64,000 nucleotides of DNA from an uncultured Candidatus Rokubacteria bacterium (GCA_963771355.1 CAVYTA010000006.1:2528001-2592000); one strand, 5' to 3'; shown: positions 52,062-62,257, numbered from the stretch's first letter. A program made the numbers and translations. Notes: generated by a model from the letters alone, not told the origin.

Positions 52062-52982
52062 TCACCCGTGAAACGTCCGCCGCCCCTCGTCGCGGTTCCA
52101 GAGCCGGATGAGATGGCGCCGGCTCTCTGGCGTGCCGCCGTCCGTGAACGGCGTGCGGGCATGCGCGAAGCGGCGGTTGTCGAGATACTGGAGCTGACCG
52201 CGCGCGATGGTCAGCTCGATCCAGCGCTCCTCCGACTCCACCATCGAGCGCATCGCGTCCAGCGCTTCGAGGCCCTCCGCGTCCACGGGCTTCCCCGCCA
52301 GCGACGCGCCGGTCTCGATGAGCACCCGGTTGTAGCGGCAGACCACGCCGCGCGGATCGTCGGCGAACACGGGCTGCCAGTCCACCTTGTCGTCGTCGGG
52401 CGCATGCTCGGCCTGGCGGTCCCAGGGGAAGGGCTGGTAGAGGCGCTTCCGCAGACCGGGCGCGGTGCCCTGCAGGGTCGAATGCGCGTCGGTCAGGCTG
52501 ACGAAGCGGCTCACGCCGCCCTCGGCCGCCGTGTTCAGGCAGAGGAGGCCGACGTACTCCGGCGGCAGGTCGAGCCAGGGGGCGTCCGTGTGGAACTGCA
52601 GCTCGAGGTTGGTGACCGAGCGTCGCACGCCGTACTCGAGCTTCTTGCCGGTGTCGCGGACGTCGTAGAGCATGGTCCCGTCCCATTTCTGGGCGACGAG
52701 CCGGCCCAGGAGCGACCCCAGCACCCAGCCGAGCGCGCGGTTCTCCTCCTCCGAGAACCGCTCCACGGGCACGCGGTCGAGCACGGCCAGGCCGACGGGA
52801 CCGCGGAGACGGTCACCCACCTCCGCCATGACCTCGCGACAGCACGCCAGGCCCGACGGCGGCGGAGAGAGCAGAAGCGTGGGCAGCGGATCGCGCCGGA
52901 GGCCCTCGACGAAGGCCTCCAGCTCGGCCACGGCCGGCCCCGGCAGCGGGACCAGCCAGTCCACCGCAGTGAGCCGGCTCAC
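52062..52982 (-). CDS. TauD/TfdA-family 2OG-Fe(II) dioxygenase
   Basis: FHTD, VGLLCL..A.EGG.S, DNRRFAHAR..F, RHLIRLW; GTGA overlap. Confidence 0.85.
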   Translation of the reverse strand: MSRLTAVDWLVPLPGPAVAELEAFVEGLRRDPLPTLLLSPPPSGLACCREVMAEVGDRLRGPVGLAVLDRVPVERFSEEENRALGWVLGSLLGRLVAQKWDGTMLYDVRDTGKKLEYGVRRSVTNLELQFHTDAPWLDLPPEYVGLLCLNTAAEGGVSRFVSLTDAHSTLQGTAPGLRKRLYQPFPWDRQAEHAPDDDKVDWQPVFADDPRGVVCRYNRVLIETGASLAGKPVDAEGLEALDAMRSMVESEERWIELTIARGQLQYLDNRRFAHARTPFTDGGTPESRRHLIRLWNRDEGRRTFHG

Positions 52983-54031
52983 GCGCAGGCGACCGTGTAG
53001 GCGTCCGCGGTGCCCTCGGGCAGGGGGTACTCCTGCCACTTCGCTCCGCCGTCCTGGGTGCCGAAGACCTGCCCGCAGCGCGACACGCAGTAGATCTGCT
53101 CGGGGTCCTTGGCGTGCAGCGCCACGCTCATCATGGTGGCCCGCGCCTTCACCCCGCGGTCGACGCGCTTCCACGAGCCGCCGAGGTCGTCGCTCCGATA
53201 GAGCGAGCCGTCCTCGCTGCGCGCGGCGGGGCTGAGACAGGTGAAGAGCGTATTGGGATTGTGCGGGGACACGCAGACGTCGCGCGAGTAGGTGAGCGGG
53301 GAGAAGCGCCCGATCTCCATGTCCTCCCAGGTGGCGCCGCGGTCCGCGCTGCGGAACATGCCCATGCGCGCGGCGAGGAATACCGTGCCGGGCGCCGCGC
53401 TGGAGACGCAGAGGGCGTGCGAGTCCATCATGCCCTCGATCTCGGTGTCGCTCACGATGCGGCTCTTGAGGTGGGGCCGGTCGGCCAGCTTGATCAGGGG
53501 CTGGCTCACGTCCTCCCAGGTCTCCCCGCCGTCGCGCGAGCGCATGACGCCGTCCACCTCGAGCCCGGCATAGAGCTCGCGCGGATTGCTCGGGTCGGCG
53601 GTCATCCGGGTCACCCGGCAGTCGAAGCTCATCTTCACGTGACCGGCCGCCTTGAGCCCGAGCTTCCGCCAGGTGTCGCCGCCGTTCTCGCTCTTGTAGA
53701 CGGCCGCGGGCGAGGTGCCCGCGTACATCACCCGCGGGTCGCGCGGATCGAAGAGGAAGGACCAGACCTCCTTGGCCCCATCGGGGAACGGGATGGCCGT
53801 CCACTTGTCCCCGCCGTCCGTGCTGCGATACGGCCCTTCCTGCGTGCCCGCGTACACCACCTGGGCATCGCCTGGGTGCACCGCGATGGCGTGGATCTCG
53901 GCATCGGCCGGCAGCCCGCCGGCCAGCTTCTGCCAGCGGTCGTCTCCGAGCGCGCGGCGGAAGAGCCCGCCCTGTGCCGTCGCCGAGCCACCGAATCCCC
54001 GCGCCGCCCCCGCATAGATCTTGGTGACCAT
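52979..54031 (-). CDS. BNR/Asp-box beta-propeller protein
   Basis: Repeated S.DGG.TW boxes (STDGGDKW, SENGGDTW, SRDGGETW, SADRGATW, SDDLGGSW, TQDGGAKW); no signal peptide. Confidence 0.87.
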   Translation of the reverse strand: MVTKIYAGAARGFGGSATAQGGLFRRALGDDRWQKLAGGLPADAEIHAIAVHPGDAQVVYAGTQEGPYRSTDGGDKWTAIPFPDGAKEVWSFLFDPRDPRVMYAGTSPAAVYKSENGGDTWRKLGLKAAGHVKMSFDCRVTRMTADPSNPRELYAGLEVDGVMRSRDGGETWEDVSQPLIKLADRPHLKSRIVSDTEIEGMMDSHALCVSSAAPGTVFLAARMGMFRSADRGATWEDMEIGRFSPLTYSRDVCVSPHNPNTLFTCLSPAARSEDGSLYRSDDLGGSWKRVDRGVKARATMMSVALHAKDPEQIYCVSRCGQVFGTQDGGAKWQEYPLPEGTADAYTVACA

Positions 54032-54062
54032 GTCGGCCTCCTGGCCTGGATTGGCTTCGACT

Positions 54063-54989
54063 CTATCCCTTGTCCATGACTTCGCGCACCTTCTCGACCG
54101 GCACCGCGATCTTCACCCCGGCCCGCTCCTCCTGCAACAGCATGGCCACCCGCGAGTCGCGCCCGGCCCAGCCGCGGTTCATGGCCTCCGTCAGCTCTTC
54201 CAGCGCCAGGTTGGCGATGCGCATGGGCACGCCGAACTCACGGCCCACCGCGGTGGCCAGCGAGACGTCCTTGTGCGCGAGCTTGAGCGCGAAGGACGGC
54301 GGCTCGAAGGTGCCGGGCAGGAACTGATCGGCGAGACCGTCGAAGGTGCGCCGGCGGCCCTGGGCGCCCTGGCGCACCGCCTGCCAGAGCGTGAGGGGAT
54401 CCACGCCCGCCTTGACGCCCATGGTGAAGACTTCCGCCAGCGCCGTCTGGATGGCATAGCCCGCGCAGTTGTGCACGAGCTTGGCCACCGAGCCCGCGCC
54501 GATGGGTCCGACGTAGTAAGCCTGATCGCCGATGGCGTCGAGCACCGGCTTGAACTTGTCGAACACCGCGCGCTCGCCACCCACCCACAGCGCGAGCTTA
54601 CGGGTCTTCGCGCCCTTCGGCCCTCCGCTCACCGGGGCGTCGAGCACGTGGAAGCCCTTCTCCGCGAACGTGGCATGGAGCCGCCGGACCAGGCCCGGGG
54701 AGTTGGTGCTGAGGTCGAAGAAGGCCGCGCCCCGATTCATGCCGCTGATGAGCCCATCCGCGCCCAGCGCCACCGCTTCCACCTCGGGCGGGCCGGGGAG
54801 CGAGGTGAAGATCACCTCCGCGTCCTTGGCGACCTCCCGGGGCGTGGCGGCCCAGATGGCGCCCGCGGCCAGATGCGGGGCCGCCGCGTCTTTCCTGACG
54901 TCGTTGACGATGAGCGCATGCCCCGCTGCCTGCAGATTGGACGCCATGAAGGCGCCCATGGTGCCGACTCCGATGAACCCGATCTTCAT
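54063..54989 (-). CDS. Beta-hydroxyacid dehydrogenase (HIBADH/GarR family)
   Basis: IGFIGVGTMG, DAPVSGG, KLVHN, KDV.LA. Confidence 0.92.
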   Translation of the reverse strand: MKIGFIGVGTMGAFMASNLQAAGHALIVNDVRKDAAAPHLAAGAIWAATPREVAKDAEVIFTSLPGPPEVEAVALGADGLISGMNRGAAFFDLSTNSPGLVRRLHATFAEKGFHVLDAPVSGGPKGAKTRKLALWVGGERAVFDKFKPVLDAIGDQAYYVGPIGAGSVAKLVHNCAGYAIQTALAEVFTMGVKAGVDPLTLWQAVRQGAQGRRRTFDGLADQFLPGTFEPPSFALKLAHKDVSLATAVGREFGVPMRIANLALEELTEAMNRGWAGRDSRVAMLLQEERAGVKIAVPVEKVREVMDKG

Positions 54990-55330
54990 GCCGGCTTCTC
55001 CTCGAAGACCTGCTTGGCGATCTTGGCGGCGGACATCGCGCTGGGCCAGCCGGCATAGAACGCCAGATGGGTGATCAGCTCGCCGATCTCCTCCTTGGTC
55101 ACGCCGTTGGCGAGGGCGCGCGCGGTGTGGCCCTTGAGCTGATCGGGCCGGTAGAGCGCCACCAGAGCGGCCACCGTGATCAGGCTGCGATCCCGCTTGG
55201 ACAGGCCGGGGCGCTCCCAGATGTCTCCGTACACGAGCGACTCGGTGAGCTCGATGACCCGAGGGATCACCCCGCGGACCTCGTTGCGGGTGGCGAGCGT
55301 GGCGGGCGAGGTCGAGGACGGCGTGGCCAT
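54986..55330 (-). CDS. Carboxymuconolactone decarboxylase family protein
   Basis: YGDIWERPGLSKRDRSLITVAAL, HLAFYAGWP; AGGAGG RBS. Confidence 0.9.
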   Translation of the reverse strand: MATPSSTSPATLATRNEVRGVIPRVIELTESLVYGDIWERPGLSKRDRSLITVAALVALYRPDQLKGHTARALANGVTKEEIGELITHLAFYAGWPSAMSAAKIAKQVFEEKPA

Positions 55331-55393
55331 GGCTCCTCCTTGAACGTCGGGTAACAACGGGTAGAATCCTCGCACGAGAAAGGAGAGTTGACC

Positions 55394-56158
55394 ATGCCCA
55401 TCGCGCCCTACCGGATTCACGCCGTTCGCTACGCCCACCGCAAGTGCACGACCTCGGAGGCGTTCTACGGCGACCACCACAACGGCCCCATGACCATGGA
55501 CTACTTCGTGTGGGCCCTCACCAACGGCAGCGAGACGGTGGTAGTGGACCTCGGTTTCACCGAGCCGGTCGGCACCGCGCGCGGGCGCCAGTTCCTCCGC
55601 CCCATCGACCGGGGCCTCGCCGAGGTCGGCGTGGATTGCCGGAAGGTCCAGCACGTGGTGCTCAGCCACTTCCACTACGATCACGTGGGCAACTATGCTC
55701 TCTTCCCCAACGCCACCTTCTACGTCCAGGACGCGGAGATGGCGTTCTACACCGGGCGGAACGTCTCGCTCGGCGCCTTTCGCCGCTCCGTCGAGGTGGA
55801 GGACATCTGCGCCCTCATCCGGCTGAACTACGAGGGAAGGCTGGTGTTCGTGGACGGCGAGCGTGAAGTGGTGCCCGGGGTGAGTGTGCACAAGGTGGGC
55901 GGACATACGGCCGGCATGCAGATCGTCACGGTGGCGCACGCCAAGGGGCGCGCGGTGGTGGCCTCGGACGCCTCGCACTATTACCGCAATTTCGAGGAGC
56001 GAATTCCCTTCAATACCCTGCACGACCTGCCCGGGATGTACCGCGCCTTCGATCGCATCGGCGAGCTGGCGTCGAGCCCGGACCTGGTGATCCCGGGCCA
56101 CGATCCGCTGGTTCTCGAGCGGCTGCGCCAGGTTGGGGACGGGATCGTGGAGCTGTGA
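55394..56158 (+). CDS. Metallo-beta-lactamase-fold hydrolase (AHL-lactonase-like)
   Basis: SHFHYDHVG, GGHTAG, ASDA, PGHD; TTGAAC-N16-TAGAAT upstream. Confidence 0.88.
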   Translation: MPIAPYRIHAVRYAHRKCTTSEAFYGDHHNGPMTMDYFVWALTNGSETVVVDLGFTEPVGTARGRQFLRPIDRGLAEVGVDCRKVQHVVLSHFHYDHVGNYALFPNATFYVQDAEMAFYTGRNVSLGAFRRSVEVEDICALIRLNYEGRLVFVDGEREVVPGVSVHKVGGHTAGMQIVTVAHAKGRAVVASDASHYYRNFEERIPFNTLHDLPGMYRAFDRIGELASSPDLVIPGHDPLVLERLRQVGDGIVEL

Positions 56159-56277
56159 CGACCGGCAATGCTGTACGACCAAGGTCCTATGGACAGTGGC
56201 GGCCGCCGCTCGTATCACTTTGTGGCGGGTACTGACGCGGCGACCTGGCTCTACACCGGCTCAAGGGAGGGGTTTCG

Positions 56278-57633
56278 ATGAGAGCAGAAATGAGGGTCTC
56301 CAGTCTGGCGTTGAAAGGCGTCCTGATCGCCGGCGTCGCCTGCCTCGCGCTGCTGGTGCCGGCGCCCAGCCGCGCGGATCACGACCAGGAGGAGCACTTC
56401 GGGGTCATGCAGCCTCCGCCTCCGCCGCCGCCCCGGAGCACCCTCGACCGCTTCTTTCCGTCACTCCAGGAAAACCGGGCCACGTGGAATCCGTTCTTCC
56501 GCGACGCCGACCTCACGGCGCGCTTCCGGTCCTTCTACTTCAACCGCCAGAACGACACCGGCAACGACAGCGAAGCATGGGCGCTCGGCGGCTGGGCGCA
56601 GTTCTCGTCCGGCTGGCTGCTCGACACCTTCGCGATCGGCGGAGCCTACTTCACCTCCCTGCCGGCCTACGCTCCCGAAAGTCGGCCCGGCAGCCTGTTG
56701 CTCACGCCGGGGCAGGACGCGATCGGGGTCTTCGCCGAGGCGTGGGCCGCCTTGCGGTACAAGGAGTACGTGCTCCTGAAGGGGGGCCGGACGAGGATCG
56801 ACGAGGGGTACGTGAACTCGCAGGATAACCGGATGCTCCCGAACACCTTCGAGGCGGTGATGCTGTCCGGCAAGATCGACTGGTTCCGCTACGACGTCGG
56901 CTACATCTGGACCATCAAGCCCCGCGACTCGAACGACTTCATCTCGATGTCCCGCCAGGCCGGCGGGACGGGTGACGACGAAGGGTTGGTCCTCGGCGCG
57001 GTCGAGCTCACGCCGATCAAGGGCCTCTCGCTCTACGCTGGGAACTTCTATGGCGTGAACACCTACAACACCCTGTTCGCCAAGGGGGAGTACCTGCACG
57101 CGTTCACCAAGGACCTCTCCATGCAGTTCGGCGTCCAGTTCACCGACCAGACGGACGTGGGAGACGCGCAGGTCGGCGCTTTCAACACGTGGAACGTCGG
57201 GTTCGGCGCGCGGCTCTTGTGGCGAGGTCTCACCCTGGGGGTGGCCGCGCACTTCAACGGGGACGGGGCCGACCTCCGCTCGAACTACGGCTCGTGGCCG
57301 GGCTACCTCTCCTTGCTGGTGACGGACTTCAACCGGGCGAACGAGAAGGCCTTCGGGCTCGGCCTCAGGTACGACTTCGGCGGGACCCTGCTGCCCTTCC
57401 AGCTCCCCGGCTTCAAGGTGCACCTGCTCTATGCCCGGGGCGGCGACCGCATCAATCCGGCGTCCGACGCCGGGCTGCCGACGACGCACGAGGGAAATCT
57501 GGACATTATCTATGACGTGCCGCAGGTCAAGGGCCTGCAGTTCCGCTTCCGCAACGGCTATGTCGGGCGGGGCAACGACCAGGTCGTCAAGGACTTCCGC
57601 ATCATCATCAACTACGAGCTCGACGTGTTCTGA
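56278..57633 (+). CDS. OprD-family outer membrane porin
   Basis: Signal peptide, RSFYFNR, SGW..D.F, D.RMLP.TF, terminal DFRIIINYELDVF with C-terminal Phe. Confidence 0.75.
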   Translation: MRAEMRVSSLALKGVLIAGVACLALLVPAPSRADHDQEEHFGVMQPPPPPPPRSTLDRFFPSLQENRATWNPFFRDADLTARFRSFYFNRQNDTGNDSEAWALGGWAQFSSGWLLDTFAIGGAYFTSLPAYAPESRPGSLLLTPGQDAIGVFAEAWAALRYKEYVLLKGGRTRIDEGYVNSQDNRMLPNTFEAVMLSGKIDWFRYDVGYIWTIKPRDSNDFISMSRQAGGTGDDEGLVLGAVELTPIKGLSLYAGNFYGVNTYNTLFAKGEYLHAFTKDLSMQFGVQFTDQTDVGDAQVGAFNTWNVGFGARLLWRGLTLGVAAHFNGDGADLRSNYGSWPGYLSLLVTDFNRANEKAFGLGLRYDFGGTLLPFQLPGFKVHLLYARGGDRINPASDAGLPTTHEGNLDIIYDVPQVKGLQFRFRNGYVGRGNDQVVKDFRIIINYELDVF

Positions 57634-57650
57634 TCGGCCGGGGACAGCCC

Positions 57651-58400
57651 CTAGTGGAAGGCGAGGCCGCCGTCGACGACCAGAACCTGGCCGGTGACGC
57701 TGTCGGCGCGGCAGAACGTCTCGACCTGGGCGGCGATGTCGCCGACGTCGGCGCCCCGGCCCAGCACCACCATGCGGCGCACGCTCTCGGCCACCTCCGG
57801 CGGGATACGCTGGGCCATGCGCGTGCCCTCGATGAGGCCGGGCGCCACGCAGTTCACGGTGATGGCGGGGGCCAGCGCCACCGCCAGGCAGCGCGTGAGG
57901 TGCACGAGCGCGGCCTTGCTGGTCGCGTAGCCGATCGAGCTGCCGGTGGGGCGCAGTCCGGCGATGGAGGCGATATTGACGATGCGCCCCGCCCCCTGCT
58001 TGCGCATGTGCGGCGCCGCCGCCTTGGCGAGCAGGAACGGGCCGCGCAGGTTCGTGTTCTGGAGCCGGTCCCATATGTCCGCGGTGAGCGCGTCGAGATC
58101 CGGGAACGGGATGCCGATGTTCCAGCCCGCGTTGTTGACGAGGATGTCGAGACGGCCGAGCGCGGCGGCGGCGGCGCTCACCGCGGGCTCGCAGGCGGCC
58201 GCGTCCGCTTGATCCACCTGCACCATGGTCGCGCGACGGCCCAGGCCTTTCACGAGGCCGGCCACCCGCTCCGCGCTCTCGCGATTGCCCACGTAGCCGA
58301 CCGCGATGTCGCAGCCGGCACGGGCCAGCCGCTCACAGATCGCGGCACCGAGATCGCCGGAGCCGCCCGTCACGAACGCCACCCGCCCCTGAAGGTCCAT
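57651..58400 (-). CDS. SDR oxidoreductase
   Basis: TGGSGDLG, NNAG, YATSK, VNCVAPG. Confidence 0.92.
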   Translation of the reverse strand: MDLQGRVAFVTGGSGDLGAAICERLARAGCDIAVGYVGNRESAERVAGLVKGLGRRATMVQVDQADAAACEPAVSAAAAALGRLDILVNNAGWNIGIPFPDLDALTADIWDRLQNTNLRGPFLLAKAAAPHMRKQGAGRIVNIASIAGLRPTGSSIGYATSKAALVHLTRCLAVALAPAITVNCVAPGLIEGTRMAQRIPPEVAESVRRMVVLGRGADVGDIAAQVETFCRADSVTGQVLVVDGGLAFH

Positions 58401-59260
58401 CACTCCTCCACGATGAAGCGCCACGTCTCGCCGTGGCGCCGGATCCGCCCCGCGGTCGGATGGTGGAAGTGGGTGCCCAGCACCGTGACCGGCCCGTCCG
58501 CATAACGCTCACAGAAGGCCCGCCGGGTTTTCCGCGCCTGCTCCATGTCGGTGTCGAAGTGGCTGCCCCAGCGCGGCTCGGCGATCTGCACCGGATGATG
58601 CATGAGATCGCCGGTGATGACCGCGTCGCCATCCCCCGAGCGCAGCCGCACGCTGACATGCCCCGGCGTATGACCCGGCGTGGGCTCCAGCCACAGCTCG
58701 TCGGAGACGCGGTGGTCCATCTCCACGAGGGTGGCCAGGCCGGCGTCCAGCACCGGCTGCACGCTGTCCGCCAGGATGCGCCGCGTGTCGTCGTCGCGCT
58801 CGCTCGACCAGTGCTCCCACTCCTGGCGCGCGAAGAGGTGACGCGCGCGCGGAAAGGTCGGCACCCAGCGGCCACTGTCCAGCCGCGTGTTCCAGCCCAC
58901 GTGATCCACGTGGAGATGCGTGCAGATCACGAGGTCCACGGACTCGGGCGGCACGCCGGCGGCGCGCAGATCCTCGAGAAAGCCCGTGCGCATCATGTGG
59001 AAGGGCGCGCGCCCGCCGCGGTCCTTGTCGTTGCCCACGCAGGTGTCCACCAATGCGGTGAGCCCCGGCGCGCGGAGCACGAAGGCGTGGATGCTCTGGA
59101 GAAAGCGCCCCTTGTCGTCGAGGAAGTGCGGGGCCAGCCAGTCGCGGTGGCGCTCCAGCGCCTCGGGCGTGGCGTCGGGGAGCAGCCAGGTGGGGCGCGT
59201 CGGGCCCGCGCGCTCGACCACCGCGGAGATGCGGAGCCGTCCGAGGGCGAGGTCGCGCAT
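58400..59260 (-). CDS. Metallo-beta-lactamase-fold hydrolase
   Basis: THLHVDHVGWN, PGHTPGH, TGDLMH. Confidence 0.9.
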   Translation of the reverse strand: MRDLALGRLRISAVVERAGPTRPTWLLPDATPEALERHRDWLAPHFLDDKGRFLQSIHAFVLRAPGLTALVDTCVGNDKDRGGRAPFHMMRTGFLEDLRAAGVPPESVDLVICTHLHVDHVGWNTRLDSGRWVPTFPRARHLFARQEWEHWSSERDDDTRRILADSVQPVLDAGLATLVEMDHRVSDELWLEPTPGHTPGHVSVRLRSGDGDAVITGDLMHHPVQIAEPRWGSHFDTDMEQARKTRRAFCERYADGPVTVLGTHFHHPTAGRIRRHGETWRFIVEE

Positions 59261-59266
59261 CGCGGG

Positions 59267-60182
59267 TCAGTTCACCTCGGCGCGCAGGCGCCCGTGCAGA
59301 AGCTCCAGCCCCTCGATCATGGCGTCCACCGAGCGCGCGCCGGCCTGGAACATCGCGGTGGCATTGAGCGACACCCACTGAAAGCCCATGGACTGGAGCG
59401 CGGCGGCGCGTGCCACCACCCGATCGGGCTCGGCGTAGAAGCGCTTGCTCTCGGCGTCCCGCGGCGGCGGCGCCACCATGCTCTGGAGCCCGATGCTGGC
59501 GGGATCGCGGCCGGCGGCCTCGGCGTGGCGGCGGATGGATTCCAGCGCGCGCTTGGCATCCTCCGCGTCGGTGACGCGGCTGGCGAGCCAGCCGTCCCCG
59601 AGCCGGCCCACACGGCGGAAGGCCGCCTCCGAGTAGCCGCCGATCCAGACCGGGAGACGGCGGCCCTGCGGCGGCTTCGGCTCCATGGCCATGGCATGGG
59701 CTCGGTAGTGCTTGCCGGAGTATTCGACCTGCGCGTCGCCCCAGTACGCGCGCATCAGCGCGATGGCCTCGTCCATGCGCGCGCCGCGCGTGTGGAAGTC
59801 CTCGCCCATGGCCTCGTACTCTGATTCCTGCCAGCCGACGCCGATGCCCAGTCGCACGCGCCCACCGGACAAGGTGTCCAGCGTGCTCACCTGCTTGGCC
59901 ACGAGCGTGGGCTCTCGCTGCGGGAGCACCAGCACTTCAGTGCCCAGAGTCACCCTTGATGTCACCGCCGCCATGTAGGAGAGCCCCATCAGCGCTTCCA
60001 GGATGGGCATGGCCGGGTTGTAGGGGCCCGGGGGGCGGCCGTCCCCGGGGAACGCCCATGACCACGTGGTCGAAGATGTCGATGTGGTCGTAGCCGATCT
60101 GCTCGATGGCCCGGGCGAGGCGGAGGACGCCCGCGGGGCCTTCCCGGTACGCGACGCTGGGAAACTCGACGGAGAGCTTCAT
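59267..60182 (-). CDS. LLM-class F420-type oxidoreductase, frameshift near 60045
   Basis: GYDHI..FDHVV, then LVAKQ..TLD.LSGGR..LGIGVGW...EY, PKPPQ. Confidence 0.87.
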
Positions 60183-60199
60183 GGGTCGGATCAGGCCGG

Positions 60200-60228
60200 A
60201 GTTTAGGCGCGCGGTCACTTTCTGTCAA
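60200..60228 (-). promoter_or_regulatory. sigma70-type promoter
   Basis: TTGACA-N17-TAAACT. Confidence 0.7.
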
Positions 60229-60256
60229 AGGCGATTTGCGCTAAGGTGAGTCCCTC

Positions 60257-61042
60257 ATGCTCGTGGGAGCCTTCGCCTGCGCCCATACGCCGCAGCTCCT
60301 CATCCGGCCGGAGACGGAGGACCGTGACCTCGTCCTCCGCGTCCACGCCGCCTTCGCGCGCGTGAAGCAGCGCCTGGAGGCGCTCCGGCCCGACGTGCTC
60401 GCGGTGGTGGCGGGGGATCACATCGAGGCCTTCTTCCTCGACGCGGTGCCGGCGCTGGCGGTCTACGTGGGCACGGAGTGCGCGGGCACCTTCGGCCCCT
60501 ACCAGTACCGGATGAAGATCCACGAGCCGCTCGCGCGCGCCGTGGTCGAGCAGGGGGTGGAGCGCGGGTTCGACCTCACCTATACGCAGCACGCGCCGCT
60601 CGACTACGCCTTCTACGTGCCGCTCCACTTCACCATGCCGGAGCCCGCGCTGCCCATCGTGCCCCTGCACGTGAACGTCTACCTGCCGCCTCAGCCCACG
60701 CCGCGCCGCTGCCACCAGTGGGGCGCCGCGCTGGGCGACATCCTGCGCGCCCGGCCGGAGCGAGTGGTGCTGATGGCCTCGGGCGGCATGTCCCATTTCC
60801 CCGGCACCGACCGCTATGCCTCGCCCGACTTCGACTACGACCGCGAGCTCCTGGACACGCTACGGGCCGGGCGCGGCCGCGAGCTGGCGCGGATCTCCGG
60901 GGAAGAGCTGGACAAGCGGGGCAATATCGAGCTGCGCACCTGGATCACGCTCCTCGGCGCGGTGGGCGACGTGCCCGCGGAGGTCTACTGCTACGAGCCG
61001 TCCTGGCACCATGGCAATGCGGTGGTGGAGTGGGCGCTCTGA
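60257..61042 (+). CDS. Extradiol ring-cleavage dioxygenase, LigB-like catalytic subunit
   Basis: AHTP, DH...F, SGGMSH, E.R.W; the usual LDH motif reads LDY. Confidence 0.8.
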   Translation: MLVGAFACAHTPQLLIRPETEDRDLVLRVHAAFARVKQRLEALRPDVLAVVAGDHIEAFFLDAVPALAVYVGTECAGTFGPYQYRMKIHEPLARAVVEQGVERGFDLTYTQHAPLDYAFYVPLHFTMPEPALPIVPLHVNVYLPPQPTPRRCHQWGAALGDILRARPERVVLMASGGMSHFPGTDRYASPDFDYDRELLDTLRAGRGRELARISGEELDKRGNIELRTWITLLGAVGDVPAEVYCYEPSWHHGNAVVEWAL

Positions 61043-61055
61043 TGTGGATGCGCTG

Positions 61056-61334
61056 ATGGACGAGGGCGCGCACTACCAGTTCCCGCCCGCCGCCGCCTAC
61101 CCGCTGAACCGCTGCCTCAAGGCGCTCAAGTCGGACCGCGCCTTCGCCGAGCGCTTCGTCAAGGATCCCCGCGCCGCCGCCCGCGAGCACGGGCTCGCGG
61201 AGGACGAGGTGCGCCTGCTCGATCCCCTGGATCGCGACGCGCTGGTGGCGCGCGGGGCGCACCCGTACCTCGTCTTCATGGCGGGACTGCGCCTCAAGAT
61301 GCTGCGCGAGCCCGGGACCATGGAGCATTTCTAG
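61056..61334 (+). CDS. LigA-like small subunit of extradiol dioxygenase
   Basis: Y.LNR....L......ERF..DP......GL.E.E, GAHPY; directly follows the LigB-like gene. Confidence 0.7.
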   Translation: MDEGAHYQFPPAAAYPLNRCLKALKSDRAFAERFVKDPRAAAREHGLAEDEVRLLDPLDRDALVARGAHPYLVFMAGLRLKMLREPGTMEHF

Positions 61335-61347
61335 TGGAGCACTTCTA

Positions 61348-62235
61348 GTGGAAGACCGGCTCGAGGGCGTGCTCCACCCGCAGGCCGCGCTGCTGCGCCG
61401 GCCCGCCTGGAACCGGTCCCTCCGCCGGGTGTCCCGGAGCACGGTGGTGGTGGCGGGCGCGATCTGCGCCGTCCTCATCATCGGCATCGCGCTGTTCGCC
61501 AATGCGCTGGCGCCCTACCCGCCCGACGAGCAGAATTTCGACCTCATCGAGACCCCGCCCAGCGGGAAGGCGCTCTTCGGCACCGACCGCTTCGGCCGTG
61601 ACGTGCTGAGCCGGGTCATCCACGGCTCGCGCATCTCGCTCTACGTGGCGACGGTCTCCATCTCCATCGCGATGCTGGCGGGCGGCGCGCTCGGGCTCAC
61701 CGCCGGCTATCTCGGCGGCGCCTGGGACAACGGGATCAACCGCGTGCTCGACGTCTTCTTCAGCGTGCCCGGCCTCCTCCTCTCCGTGGGCATCGCGGCC
61801 ATGCGCGGCCCGGGCGTGAACAGCGCGGTCATCGCCATCGCCATCGTGTACATCCCGCTCCTCGCCCGCGTGATGCGCGCGCCGGTGCTCGCCGAGCGCG
61901 AGAAGGAGTACGTGGAGGCCATCCGCGCCCTGGGCGCCACCCGCTGGGTGGTGGCCCTCAAGCACGTCCTGCCCAACGTGCTCTCGCCCTTCGTCGTGCA
62001 GGGCACCGTCGCGTTCTCCCAGGCCATTCTCATCGAGGCCTCCCTGAGCTATCTCGGGCTCTCCGCCCAGCCCCCGACGCCCTCCTGGGGCAATATGCTG
62101 AACGAGGGGCGCACCTATCTCGAGACCGCCCCCTGGATCTCCGTGTTCCCCGGCATTGCCATCATGGTCGCCGTCCTCGCCTTCAACCTGCTGGGCGACG
62201 GCCTGCGCGACGTCCTCGACCCCAACGAGCAGTGA
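61348..62235 (+). CDS. Peptide/nickel ABC permease (DppC-like)
   Basis: FGTDRFGRDV, EYVEA.RALGA, PPTPSWG.ML, GDGLRD.LDP. Confidence 0.93.
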   Translation: MEDRLEGVLHPQAALLRRPAWNRSLRRVSRSTVVVAGAICAVLIIGIALFANALAPYPPDEQNFDLIETPPSGKALFGTDRFGRDVLSRVIHGSRISLYVATVSISIAMLAGGALGLTAGYLGGAWDNGINRVLDVFFSVPGLLLSVGIAAMRGPGVNSAVIAIAIVYIPLLARVMRAPVLAEREKEYVEAIRALGATRWVVALKHVLPNVLSPFVVQGTVAFSQAILIEASLSYLGLSAQPPTPSWGNMLNEGRTYLETAPWISVFPGIAIMVAVLAFNLLGDGLRDVLDPNEQ

Positions 62236-62257
62236 TCACCGCAGAGGAGGGCACCCC

